NCBI GenBank assembly: GCA_964016885.1
Contig: OZ024765.1
Span: 13,020,001-13,084,000 of the forward strand
Reading direction: 5' to 3'
From: Eledone cirrhosa
Lineage: Eukaryota
DNA length: 64,000 bases
How positions within the stretch are numbered: the first letter of the stretch is position 1; each line of letters starts with the position of its first letter. The notes beneath the pieces were generated by a model, which did not search any database, was not told the DNA's origin, and saw only the letters and a program-made list of their open reading frames with translations. A program made the position numbers and the translations under genes. Shown here one piece after another: positions 43,869-57,239 of the stretch.

Positions 43869-44207
43869 CATCATCATCATCATTTTACGTCCGCTTTTTC
43901 CCTGCTTGCAAAGGTGGGACGGTAACTGATTCTGGCCTGATCTTCTACATCTGGATGCCCTTCCTAACACCAACCTAATTTACAGTGAGTGCTGGGTGCT
44001 TTTTTACCGTGGCACCTCCACGACCACTTTGCAGTGGAATGATAGGGACCCCAGTCCCTATTATCTCATTTCTACAGCTGAGTAAACTGGAGCAATGTGA
44101 AATAAAGTATCTTGCTCAAGGAAACAACACATTACCCGGTCTGAGAATTGAACTCGCTGAGAATTGAACTTTCGATTGCAAGGCCAATGCTCTAACCACT
44201 AAGCCAT
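43869..44207 (-). mobile_element. SINE family A; another partial copy at 44686-44924
   Basis: Match to the consensus. Confidence 0.88.
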
Positions 44208-45003
44208 CTATATATATATATGTGTGTGCGATGCTTTGAAGTTGACACTTTACAGAGAGGTGTGTTGACACTTTACAGGGTTGGTGTTATCACTTAAACT
44301 GTCTGTGGTGTCTCAGCTTCAACAATGTTTGACATATAGAATACTTTTATCTACCCTTTGTAAATTGAAATGCATCTATGAATACACACGTGTTTTTTCT
44401 CAAAAAATTTTTTTTTTTCCATTCCTTCCTCTTCTCACGGTCCGAAACATTAAGACTCCTTTCCTACTCTATCAAGCGTTAAACTAATATATTTCTTCAT
44501 CGTTTGCTTTGTTATTTCTGTTTACTTTTTGCACACACTCAGATATACAAACAAACAAATACACACATACACAACACATAATTTCTATTTTATAACAGCA
44601 TAAACATTTTGAGCTTAAATATTTTTATTCGCCATTTAATTTCTCTTCAAGTCACTCTATTTCTTCTTTTTCTTCTTTTTTTTTTTACGTCCGCTTTTCC
44701 CTGCTTGCAAGGGTAGGACGGGAACTGATTCTGGCTTGATTTCTACAGCTGGATGCCCTTCCTAACATCAACCTCCTTTACAGTGAGTGCTGGGTCCTTT
44801 TTTGCCGTGGCACCTCCATGACCACTTTGCAGTGGAATGATAGGGACCCCAGTTCCTATCATCTCATTTCTACAGCTGAGTAAACTGGAGCAATGTGAAA
44901 TAAAGTGTCTTGCTCAAGGAAACATATATATATATATATGTCCCAAGGCTCTGATACCATCAACACTATAAACACAGAGCTGGCATTATCTAAGAACTGA
45001 CTA

Positions 45004-45059
45004 ACTGCCTGATGAGGTCATAGCCATTCAATGGCTATCATCGAAATATATATAGCAGT
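45004..45059 (+). ncRNA. Type I hammerhead ribozyme motif, canonical core
   Basis: ACTGC-CTGATGA-GGT c ATAGCCAT tca ATGGCTAT c ATC-GAAA-T ATAT A-TA-GCAGT, followed by AATAAA. Lies in an insert of about 165 bp between (TA)n runs. Confidence 0.82.
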
Positions 45060-45124
45060 AAATAAAGGATTATGAATTCATGCAATTGACTTATGTTTCA
45101 TCACTATATATATATATATATATA

Positions 45125-45290
45125 TAGGAACGAGTAGGACCCCGACGGCTGAGCTCAAGCCGTTTCGACGGCTAATTCTGGACTTAAATTTTAGTCCTAC
45201 TCGTTCCTATTACCTACTCTACTACCCTAAGTATTAAGTACTTTGGTGCGTTATGGTCCATCTGGTTCCTTACCACATTTCCTTCGTTAT
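45125..45290 (+). mobile_element. GAGCTC-family fold-back element
   Basis: taggaacgagtaggac...gtcctactcgttccta, followed by the common 3' tail. Confidence 0.75.
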
Positions 45291-45464
45291 ATATATATAT
45301 ATATATATAGATATATATATATATACATACATACATATATAAATACATAATGGGAGAAAGCTAATAGCGATACTCCGGCCCAATTCCAACTCACTCATCA
45401 AACATTAGGAAATACCTGAGTATATTCCTAATTAAACGTTTGGGGTGCTAACTAATTGGATTGT

Positions 45465-45655
45465 GTGGATAATTGGCTCGGTATCGGTAGAGGGTCGGAC
45501 GCCATGCTTTCCAGCATAGTTACGTCCCTTTACGATCTGAGTTCAAATCCCGCCGAGGTTGACTTTGCCTTTCATCCTTACGGGGTCGATAAAATAAAGT
45601 ACCAGTAATGCACTGGGTAATTGCTGGCCTTGTGCCTAAAGTAGGAACAATTATT
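45465..45655 (+). mobile_element. SINE-B
   Basis: Match to the consensus. Confidence 0.85.
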
Positions 45656-45927
45656 TCATGAGATATATCAAATATATCATTATATACAGGCACATGCACT
45701 TATATAGGATGAATTTGTACTTGCTAATTGCCATCATCATCAGAAGTAACGGCACTTCTGCCATCATTACCATCACTATCATCATCATTACCACCATTAA
45801 TGATACAGCTATCATCATCATCGTCATCATCCTGTAACTATAACAACAACAACATGTGGAATAGATTACAGATTAAAACAAATAAAATACTTCAGTGTCT
45901 TCTACAGATATATCTGATCTCAGATGG

Positions 45928-45958
<31 letters not shown>

Positions 45959-46097
45959 CACATACATACACATATACATATATATATATATATACACATA
46001 TACATATATATACACATACATACACATATATATACACATACATACACATATACATATATATATATATATATACATACACATATACATATATATATAC

Positions 46098-46147
<50 letters not shown>

Positions 46148-46901
46148 GTGTATGTATGTATGTGTTTGTGTGTATGTATGTGTGTGTATGTATGAATGTA
46201 TATGTATGTATGAGTGTATGCCTGTGTGTATGTATGTCTGCATGTGTGTGTGTATGTATGTGTGTGTGCATGTATGCATGTGTATGTGTGCATGTATGTA
46301 TGTGTATGTATGCATGTGTGTGTGTGTATGCCTATGTATGTGCATGTATGCGTGTGTGTATTTATGCCTGTGTGTGTGTGTGTATTTATGCCTGTGTGTG
46401 TGTGTGTATGCCTCTGTGTGTGTATGTATGCCTATGTGTGTGTGTGTGTATGTATGCCTTTATGTGTGTGTATGTGTGTGTATGTATGCCTTTATATGTG
46501 TATGTATGTGTGTGTATGTATGCCTTTATATGTGTGTATGTGTGTGTATGTATGCCTCTGTGTGTGTATGTGTGTGTATGTATGCCTTTATATGTGTGTG
46601 TATGTATGCCTTTGTATGTGTGTGTATGTATGCCTTTATATGTGTGTATGTGTGTGTATGTATGCCTTTATATGTGTGTGTATATGTGTGTATGTATGCC
46701 TTTATATGTGTGTGTATGTGTGTGTATGCCTTTATATGTGTGTGTATGTGTATGTATGTATGCCTTTATATGTGTATGTATGCATGTGTGAGCTTGCTAC
46801 ACTTTGTCTAAACAGGTGTTCTGAGATCTCATCTCAAGTGAAAGAGAACAAAATAATACACACAAACATACACACACATCTATGTGTGTGTATGTATATA
46901 T

Positions 46902-46985
<84 letters not shown>

Positions 46986-47189
46986 GAACGAAAACACAAC
47001 TTCATCAACAGCTATTTTAACAGGAAGTTGGGTTGTGTATATATGTGTGTGTATATATATATGTGTGTGTGTGTGCTTGTACCTATGTATATATATATAT
47101 ATATGTATATATAAATATTATATATATATATATGTATACATATATATATATGTATATATATGTATATATATATATATGTATATAAATAT

Positions 47190-47220
<31 letters not shown>

Positions 47221-48310
47221 GTATATATATGTATATATATATATGTATATAAATATTATATATATATATATGTCTATATATATATATGTATATATATATG
47301 TATATATATATGTATATATATATATATGTATATATATTTGTATATAAATATTATATACATATATATATATCTCACTGACCTACTTACTATCTACAACCCA
47401 ACCGGGGTGAGGGGGGGTGGAGGGGCACCGTTTGTGATGTTATGATCAAAACACCATTATCTACTACCCCCCCCCATAACAACCATTACACACCCAAACA
47501 TCGCCACGCCACTACCTCTACCACCATTAGTACCACCACCAATACAACCATTACCCCACCTCAACAATGTCCTCACCGCCACCACCACACCCATTACCCC
47601 ACCTCAACAATCACCACCGTTACCACCACCACCAACACCACCACCAACACCACTACTATTATACCACCTCCACCATTACTACTACCAGCACCACCACTGC
47701 AACCATCACTCCAACCCAAGCATGGCCACACCACCACCACCACCACCACCACCACCATACCACCACCATACCACCACCATACCACCACCACCACCACCAC
47801 CACTACCACCACTACCACCACACCACCACTACCACACCACCACCACACCACCACCACACCACCACCACCACCACCACCACACCACCACCATACCACCACC
47901 ACACCACCACCACCACCACACCACCACTACCACACCACCACCACACCACCACCAAACAACCACCATACCACCACCATACCACCACCACACCACCACCACA
48001 CCACCACCACTGCCACCACCACCACCACCACCATACCACCACCACACCACCATACCACCACCACCACTATACCACCACCACCACCATACCACCATACCAC
48101 CACCACACCACCACCACACCACCACTACCACCACCACCACCACCACACCACCACCACTGCCACCACAATACCACCACCATACCACCACCACCACACCACC
48201 ACCACCACCACCACCACACCACCACCACCACCACCACACCACCACCACCACCACCACCACCACCACCACCACCACACCTCCACCATACCACCACCACCAC
48301 ACCACCACCA
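45928..48310. repeat. Compound TA/CA/TG repeats, a tatgccttta-(TG)n minisatellite and a (CAC)n field
   Basis: Seen directly. Confidence 0.9.
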
Positions 48311-48585
48311 AACATCATGAAAGGAACATTAAAACACATGTTGACATTTTCTCAAAGAGATTTCACAAACTGATGTCAGAGAAGAGTGATGGTCTTGTTG
48401 ACTGCTATTTCTAGTAGATCAAATTACCATCTAGAGGTTTCTTTGTTAGGACTTACTGTGGTTGTTTAGCCCTCGGTCAGCCTCTCCTCTCTCCCGTCAA
48501 GCCATTAAAGCTATCACTATCACGTGTTTCTTTATTTTTTTCTATATTTTTTTTTAACTAAGTATGATAGATCCTCAGTGGTGAG

Positions 48586-48997
48586 CATTCATCTGAGTGC
48601 TTCTCATCTGAGTGGCTCTCATCTGAGTTACTCTCATTTGACTGGCTCTTATTTGAGTGGCTCTCATCTGAGTGATTCATATTTGAGTTACTCTCATTTG
48701 ACAGGCTCTTATTTGAGTGGCTCTCATCTGAATGATTCATATTTGTGTGACTCTCATTTGAGTGACTCTCATCCAAGTGACTCTCATCCAAGTTACTCTC
48801 ATCTGAGTTACTCTCATCCAAGTGACTCTCATCTGAGTTACTCTCATCTGAGTTACTCTCATCTGAGTTGCTCTCATTTGAGTGGCTCACATTTGAGTGA
48901 CTCTCATTTGAGTGACTCTCATCCAAGTGACTCTCATCTGAGTTGCTCTCATCTGAGTTTCTCTCATCTGAGTTTCTCTTATTTGAGTTGCTCTCAG
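48586..48997. repeat. 15-bp minisatellite (CTCTCATCTGAGTTA-like), about 27 units
   Basis: Seen directly; reads as a 5-aa SHLSx periodicity in the ORF track. Confidence 0.9.
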
Positions 48998-49457
48998 AAG
49001 AATGGAATGAATGGAAAAGTTGACCTTGGTGGGATTTGAACTGAGAATGTGAAGAGCCAGAAGAAATACTGGATTCTGATTTTGACACAAGGCTAGTAAT
49101 TCGGGTGGAAGGGAAACGTTGATTCAATCAACCCCAGTACTTAATTGGTACTTTATTTTATCCACCCCCAGAAGAATAAAGGTAAAGATGACCTCAGTGG
49201 GGTTTGAACTAAAAATGTAAAGAGCCAGAACAAATACCACAAATGGTATTTTATCTGATGCTCTACCAATTCACCGCCATAAGTACATATAAAGTATTGA
49301 AGTTAAAAAGCTTGAGAAATAGGTGGCTGACTGACATAGAAATATTGACTGAAAGTTACATTTAATTTTCTGTCTTTAATTAACATTTTTCATTGGGAGT
49401 GATTGACTAATTAATAAATTTGAATTACTAATTATAGATTGTGTAGGTACTGCTTAA

Positions 49458-50004
49458 CCCTTTAACATTTAAACCGGCCAAATCCAGCCAGAATTCTCAC
49501 CTCTTTCCGATCAAACCGGTTGTGATCGGGCACTCATACCAATGTTAAGGTATTGTTCTCAAAATAAATAACATCAAAATCTCATTGCTCCGATATTATG
49601 CGAGATAAAGTCTTTATCACAAAATACAATAGTATATCTAGAATTTGTTTTGCAAGATTTCTAATCTGAAAACTTGTGTTGAAACAGATATTGTTAGACT
49701 TTGGGAGGGTCATGTTGTCAATAAAAACACATGCATCTGTTGGGTTTCACTTCAATTTATTATAAATGTCCGGTTGGTTCGTTACAACACAAAAACAAGA
49801 TGGTGTAGATAGAACAAAGGAGAGACATAAAATAAAAACCTAGTCACTGAGGACATCATAGAATATGTGACAAAAGAGTTTTGACAACATATAAACAACC
49901 ATCCGATTATCGAGCCAACCAACCAACCGGAAATTTATAATAAATTACAACATGACCCTCCCAAAGTGTAGCAGTATATGTAGGGTAATTTAAATACTGA
50001 AGGG
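49458..50004. mobile_element. TTAA MITE (opposite orientation) containing a nested fold-back element at about 49640-49975
   Basis: TTAA|CCCTTTAACATTTA...TAAATACTGAAGGG|TTAA. Inner inverted repeat actttgggagggtcatgttgt/acaacatgaccctcccaaagt. Confidence 0.8.
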
Positions 50005-50500
50005 TTAACACACCTTCCTGGAGCGAGATCTCACTTCACTTCAGTACTAACTCTTTGAAAAGCTGTCCAACCCCTCCTAGCAGGGAAGATGGATGTTTAA
50101 TGACGATATATACTGGCCCTTTTTGTCATGACACCAATATGTCCTATTTACAGTGTGTACTGGGAACTTTTTGTCATGTCACTAAAATGTCCACTTTACA
50201 GTGTGGACTGAGCACTTTTTGTCATGACACCAATATGTCCATTTTACAGTGTGGACTGGGTAGTTTTTGTCATGTCACTAAAATGTCCACTTTATAGTTT
50301 GGACTGGGTAGTTTTTGTCGGTAAGCAACATGACGACTTTAATTGTGGGTGGGTTCCCAATGGATATTGGGTGATGAAGTGCTTCATTCATATACAATAA
50401 ACAGGATGATTTCATATGAATGAAACAGTTCTTGTGTGTGCTAGCAGGGAAAGAGGACATTAAAATGATGATGATTATTATATGTATATATATATATATA

Positions 50501-51177
50501 TACATTTAAAGTATATGATAAACACGAAATGTGTTTACATTGCAACAGACAAAGTTAGCTATTAATGAAATAAACTAATAAAAGTGAATACAATTTGTCT
50601 GTCTCGATACAAGTCAATAAAGACAAGGTTATATTGGCAACTGCCATGATTCCTGGACATATTTAAATTTCAAAATTCAAACCTGTTCTGTAGACGAATT
50701 TGAACCTCGAAACCCAAATAAGTTTCGCAATGGTGGAATGTGAATTGAAAAATAAAGAGAATCGAAATGGAATAGAAATAAAAGAGTGAAATATCCAAAT
50801 CATCTGTGCATATCAACAGGAATCCAGTAAGATTAGTCTATCACACATCAAAAATTTTGCAGGACTGACTACACGTGGGTAGGCAGGCCAAAACTAGCTA
50901 TCCCACATTCACGGTGCTAGAAATAACAGCCGCTTATGCAGGATTAAGGATCAGCTCTTACAATAAAGGAGCTATACATTATATTATATTTTGAGAATAA
51001 ACTCTCAGTCGTTTACAATAATTAAGCTCCAGGAAGGGGCTCTTCCGAGCAGTTAAATACATTTAAAGTATATGATAAACACGAAATGTGTTTACATTGC
51101 AACAGACAAAGTTAGCTATTAATGAAATAAACTAATAAAAGTGAATACAATTTGTCTGTCTCGATACAAGTCAATAA
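50501..51177. mobile_element. TA-flanked 677-bp element with 120-bp identical direct terminal repeats
   Basis: 50501-50620 equals 51058-51177 (557-bp period). Confidence 0.8.
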
Positions 51178-51239
<62 letters not shown>

Positions 51240-51579
51240 TATGCATGCACATATGCACACTCTCATACTCATGTATGTGTGTGTTCATGCACATATTATA
51301 TAACCTCTGGGTATGTAAGTTAAGCAGCGCCTACACAAACTATATTTAGTATAAAAGATTTCCGAATTCATCATTATAAAGGATGTTAATTTAATGCCTC
51401 AAATTCAATCTCAAATTCACCAGATGACTAATTCAGAAATTTAAATACAATATATAACACAACACCACACCACACAACACAATACTATGTTTAACAATTT
51501 CCAACAATTATCAGTATGGCGGATTAGCTGAATTGTTAGAGCACTGTAAAGTAGTTATGATGGTGACAAGGTAAAAAGT

Positions 51580-53830
51580 ACCCAACCCACTGTAAAGTAG
51601 TCATGTAGGTGTCACATAAAAAATCACCCAGCCCACACTGTAAAGTGGTGGTGTAGGTGTCACGACAAAAAACACCCAGCCCACACTGTAAAGTGGTGGT
51701 GTAGGTGTCACGACAAAAAACACCCAGCCCACACTGTAAAGTGGTGGTGTAGGTGTCACGACAAAAAACACCCAGCCCACACTGTAAAGTGGTGGTGTAG
51801 GTGTCACGACAAAAAACACCCAGCCCACATTGTAAAGTAGTGGTGTAGGTGTCACGTCAAAAATCACCCAGCCCACATTGTAAAGTAGTGGTGTAGATGT
51901 CACGACAAAAAACACCCAGCCCACACTGTAAAGTAGTCATGTAGGTGTCACATAAAAAATCACCCAGCCCACACTGTAAAGTAGTCATGTAGGTGTCACA
52001 TAAAAAATCACCCAGCCCACACTGTAAAGTAGTCATGTAGGTGTCACATAAAAAATCACCCAGCCCACACTGTAAAGTGGTGGTGTAGATGTCACGACAA
52101 AAAACACCCAGCCCACACTGTAAAGTAGTGGTGTAGGTGTCACGACAAAAATCACCCAGCCCACACTGTAAAGTGGTGGTGTAGGTGTCACGACAAAAAT
52201 CACCCAGCCCACACTGTAAAGTGGTGGTGTAGGTGTCACGACAAAAAACACCCAGCCCACACTGTAAAGTGGTGGTGTAGGTGTCACGTCAAAAATCACC
52301 CAGCCCACACTGTAAAGTGGTGGTGTAGATGTCACATAAAAAATCACCCAGCCCACACTGTAAAGTGGTGGTGTAGGTGTCACATAAAAAATCACCCAGC
52401 CCACACTGTAAAGTGGTGGTGTAGATGTCACGACAAAAAACACCCAGCCCACACTGTAAAGTGGTGGTGTAGATGTCACGACAAAAAACACCCAGCCCAC
52501 ACTGTAAAGTGGTGGTGTAGATGTCACGACAAAAAACACCCAGCCCACACTGTAAAGTGGTGGTGTAGATGTCACGACAAAAAACACCCAGCCCACATTG
52601 TAAAGTGGTGGTGTAGATGTCACGACAAAAAACACCCAGCCCACACTGTAAAGTGGTGGTGTAGATGTCACGACAAAAAACACCCAGCCCACACTGTAAA
52701 GTAGTGGTGTAGGTGTCACGTCAAAAATCACCCAGCCCACACTGTAAAGTGGTGGTGTAGGTGTCACGACAAAAAACACCCAGCCCACACTGTAAAGTGG
52801 TGGTGTAGATGTCACGACAAAAAACACCCAGCCCACACTGTAAAGTAGTGGTGTAGGTGTCACGACAAAAATCACCCAGCCCACACTGTAAAGTGGTGGT
52901 GTAGATGTCACGACAAAAAACACCCAGCCCACACTGTAAAGTGGTGGTGTAGGTGTCACGACAAAAAACACCCAGCCCACACTGTAAAGTGGTGGTGTAG
53001 ATGTCACGACAAAAAACACCCAGCCCACACTGTAAAGTGGTGGTGTAGGTGTCACGACAAAAAACACCCAGCCCACACTGTAAAGTGGTGGTGTAGATGT
53101 CACGACAAAAAACACCCAGCCCACACTGTAAAGTGGTGGTGTAGGTGTCACGACAAAAAACACCCAGCCCACACTGTAAAGTGGTGGTGTAGATGTCACG
53201 ACAAAAAACACCCAGCCCACACTGTAAAGTAGTGGTGTAGGTGTCACGACAAAAATCACCCAGCCCACACTGTAAAGTGGTGGTGTAGGTGTCACGACAA
53301 AAAACACCCAGCCCACACTGTAAAGTGGTGGTGTAGATGTCACGACAAAAATCACCCAGCCCACACTGTAAAGTGGTGGTGTAGGTGTCACGACAAAAAT
53401 CACCCAGCCCACACTGTAAAGTGGTGGTGTAGGTGTCACGACAAAAAACACCCAGCCCACACTGTAAAGTGGTGGTGTAGATGTCACGACAAAAAACACC
53501 CAGCCCACACTGTAAAGTAGTGGTGTAGGTGTCACGACAAAAATCACCCAGCCCACACTGTAAAGTGGTGGTGTAGATGTCACGACAAAAATCACCCAGC
53601 CCACACTGTAAAGTGGTCGTTAGGTGTCACAACAAAAAGCACCCAGCCCACATTGGAAATGAGGTTGGCGTTAGGAAGCGCATCCAGCTGTAGAAACCAA
53701 GCCAGAAACAGTTCTGTGGGAGCAAGACATGGTCACCTGACCTGGCATTGCTCACAACTGGATAATTCGTCTAACCCATGCTAGCGTGGAAAAATGGTCG
53801 TAAAACGGTGATGATAATGATGATGATGAT
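51580..53830 (+). repeat. 48-bp minisatellite (about 42 units) derived from an RTE/SINE 3'UTR, ending in an intact tail (53620-53830)
   Basis: Unit cccagcccacactgtaaagtggtggtgtaggtgtcacgacaaaaaaca resembles the reverse complement of 8135-8225 and runs into gttggcgttaggaagcgcatccagctgtagaaa...(gat)n. Confidence 0.93.
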
Positions 53831-54101
53831 TGGTAGAAATCCCACCAAGGTCAAATTTTCCTTTCATACTTCCAGGGTCAATAAAATAAAGTACCAGTTA
53901 CATACTGAGGTCAATATAATCAACTTCCCCTTCCCCCAAATTGCTGGCCTTGTGCCTAAAGTAGAAATTATTATCATGATATAGGAATTATTACCGTGAT
54001 AGCAGAGTATCAAACAAATTGCTTTACAGTATTGAGTTATGAATTTCAATATTCTGAGTTCAAACCTAATCAAGGTCAACTTTGTATTTTTTCCTCCAAA
54101 G

Positions 54102-54310
54102 ATGCGGTCGCTATCCGACAGGTTTGCAGTCGAGCCCCTAGCAGTGGAGGTTTCTGGTGTCCTTGACCCTAGGGCTACCTTCCTACTTACCACCATATGC
54201 GCAGAGCTGGCTAGCCGTAGGTGTGAGCCCCGCAAGATGGAATGGCTCTTCTAGCACATCTCACTTACCATCCTCCAGAGAAACGCCTCCTTATTCTGTC
54301 CACCGGGGAG
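54102..54310 (+). pseudogene. Fragment of the restriction-like endonuclease C-terminus of a CRE-like non-LTR retrotransposon
   Basis: RFAVEPLAVEVSGVLDPRATFLL...EPRKMEWLF*HISLTILQRNA resembles the F.PLAVE..G...QR(I/L)S....RGNA motif; one in-frame stop. Confidence 0.6.
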
Positions 54311-54942
54311 CCATGGGGCGATGGGCACGTGGGACCCCATTTGCTCATAATAGTGAGAGAGATGGGGAGGGGGAGAGAGATGGACTTACCCTCCCCAATT
54401 GGAGTTCAGCTCTTCTGTGTTTGGATCTGGTGTAGAGTGTCAGTTGTCCATTTGTACCAGTAAAGTGCTGGGGTCGATATAATAAATTAGAAGGGCTCGC
54501 TCTGTGCTTAAATTTGAAACAATTATTAATTTTTTGTGACTTTTTAAAAATAGATTATTCATTTTGTATGAAAATATGAAATATAAGCCAAGCTAAATAA
54601 AAGTTATTTCTAGCTGGGTGAGGGATCAACTACTAACTCCCTTGTTGATACACAATAACTCTCTTGTTGGCTAATGTTAGTTGTTGTTGTTGTGGCTGTA
54701 AATTTATCATGGGTTGGATACAATAGATGGAGCAAGTTGATATAGTGGAAGGAGTTTCTGAATGTATTAAATTATATTAGAAAGCCTTAACGAACTTCAC
54801 CCCAGAGCCATTCTAATGAGGGAAAAAATTTTGAACTTTAACTAATCTAATTATATCTTGTAAACTAACTCTCATTATGTCTGCAGCTAATTAAAAACAA
54901 AATTGTATGAACCTAGTTTTATATACACGCACACACGCACAC

Positions 54943-55005
<63 letters not shown>

Positions 55006-55404
55006 TACATATATACACATACACGCACACACACTCATATATATATATATATATATACACACATATGTGTAAATATTTATATATACACATTATGTATTTA
55101 TACACACACACATATATACACACACGCATGTGTGTGTGCATGTGTATATGTATATATATATATGAATTTCAGAAGATCCCGTTAAGGGTGAAAGCAGCGA
55201 TTCTTTGCTTAAACTTTAATCTGTTATTTTAATAAATATATATATATGTATATATATATATATACATACACACATATAACTATATAATTATATCATCATC
55301 ATCATTTTTACATCCGCTTTTTTTTTCATGCTTGCATGAATATCTATACACATAATTGTTTGTATATACATAAACACGCAAACACTTATATGTGTCTTTG
55401 TGTG

Positions 55405-55438
<34 letters not shown>

Positions 55439-55569
55439 TATACATACAAATATATACACTCACTTGTATATATGTATGAGTGTGTGTATATTGTTACGGT
55501 ATTGGTTTAAATGACTTGTGGTATTCATTGCAGCTCTCTGTATGCTAAGTTCAAATTCCTTAGTGGCCT

Positions 55570-56810
55570 ACTTGGATGGTAAACTCAATATGTCATCCAG
55601 TTTAACACCATTACCTGGTCCTTGGGTGGTAAACTCAATATGTCACCCAGTTTAACACCATTACCTGGTCCTTGGGTGGTAGACTCAATATGTCATCCAG
55701 TTTAACACCATTACCTGGTCCTTGGGTGGTAAACTCAATATGTCACCCAGTTTAACACCATTACCTGGTCCTTGGGTGGTAGACTTAATATGTCACCCAG
55801 TTTAACACCCCTACTTAGTCCTTGGGTGGTAGACTTAATATGTCATCCAGTTTAACACCATTACCTGGTCCTTGGGTGGTAGACTTAATATGTCACCCAG
55901 TTTAACACCCCTACTTAGTCCTTGGGTGGTAGACTTAATATGTCACCCAGTTTAACACCCCTACTTAGTCCTTGGATGGTAGACTTAATATGTCACCCAG
56001 TTTAACACCCCTACTTAGTCCTTGGGTGGTAGACTTAATATGTCACCCAGTTTAACACCCCTACTTAGTCCTTGGGTGGTAGACTTAATATGTCACCCAG
56101 TTTAACACCCCTACTTAGTCCTTGGATGGTAGACTTAATATGTCACCCAGTTTAACACCCCTACTTAGTCCTTGGGTGGTAGACTTAATATGTCACCCAG
56201 TTTAACACCTCTACTTAGTCCTTGGATGGTAGACTTAATATGTCACCCAGTTTAACACCCCTACTTAGTCCTTGGGTGGTAGACTTAATATGTCACCCAG
56301 TTTAACACCATTACCTGGTCTTTGGGTGGTAGACTTAATATGTCACCCAGTTTAACACCCCTACTTAGTCCTTGGGTGGTAGACTTAATATGTCACCCAG
56401 TTTAACACCCCTACTTAGTCCTTGGGTGGTAGACTTAATATGTCACCCAGTTTAACACCTCTACTTAGTCCTTGGGTGGTAGACTTAATATGTCACCCAG
56501 TTTAACACCCTACTTAGTCCTTGGGTGGTAGATTTAATATGTCATCCAGTTTAACACCCCTACTTAGTCCTTGGGTGGTAGACTTAATATGTCACCCAGT
56601 TTAACACCCCTACTTAGTCCTTGGGTGGTAGACTTAATATGTCACCCAGTTTAACACACCTACTTAGTCCTTGGATGGTAGACTTAATATGTCACCCAGT
56701 TTAACACCATTACCGGTCCTTGGGTGGTAAACTTAATATGTCACCCAGTTTAACACCATTAGGACCAGTCCTTGGGTACCACCCAAGGACCAGTCCTTGG
56801 GTGGTAGACT
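55570..56810. repeat. 50-bp minisatellite, about 24 units, two unit variants
   Basis: cttgggtggtagacttaatatgtcacccagtttaacacc(cctacttagtc or attacctggtc). Confidence 0.96.
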
Positions 56811-56813
56811 TAA

Positions 56814-57024
56814 CTCTTTAGCATTTAAACCGACCATATCTGGCCAAAATTCTCTCACCTCTTTCTGTTTAAACTGGCTGTAACTGGGCATTCATACTGA
56901 TGTTAAGGTATTATTCTCAAAATAAATAATATCAAAATCTCATAAATTTGATATTATGTGAGATAAAGTGTTTACTGTGAAAATACAATAATAGTATATA
57001 TAGAGTAATGTAAATGCTAAAGGT
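56814..57024. mobile_element. TTAA MITE inserted in the last satellite unit
   Basis: gtagacTTAA|ctctttagcattta...taaatgctaaaggt|TTAAtctgtcagccaatttaacacc. Confidence 0.85.
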
Positions 57025-57239
57025 TTAATCTGTCAGCCAATTTAACACCTGGTCCTTGAGATTTATGTTAAGTCAGTGCCAGATTTAGGACAAATGAGGC
57101 CCTGCGCTAGTTAAGTTATGAGGCCCTTACTTGGACCCTAAAGGAGGTAAAAAATGTTTTTGGCAGGAAGATGGGTCTCCCTGGCCAATGGGGCCTTGTG
57201 CTTAAACACACCTTAGCAGAATGACATTTCCAGCTCTGG

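Noticed and set aside
47442-48414. Pro/His/Thr-rich extensin- or mucin-like ORFs (also 42606-43556)
   Set aside because: (CAC)n low-complexity DNA open in several frames; no domain or splice evidence.
51580-56810. CRISPR-like appearance of the 48-bp and 50-bp arrays
   Set aside because: No unique spacers, no cas genes, eukaryotic context; these are plain tandem repeats.
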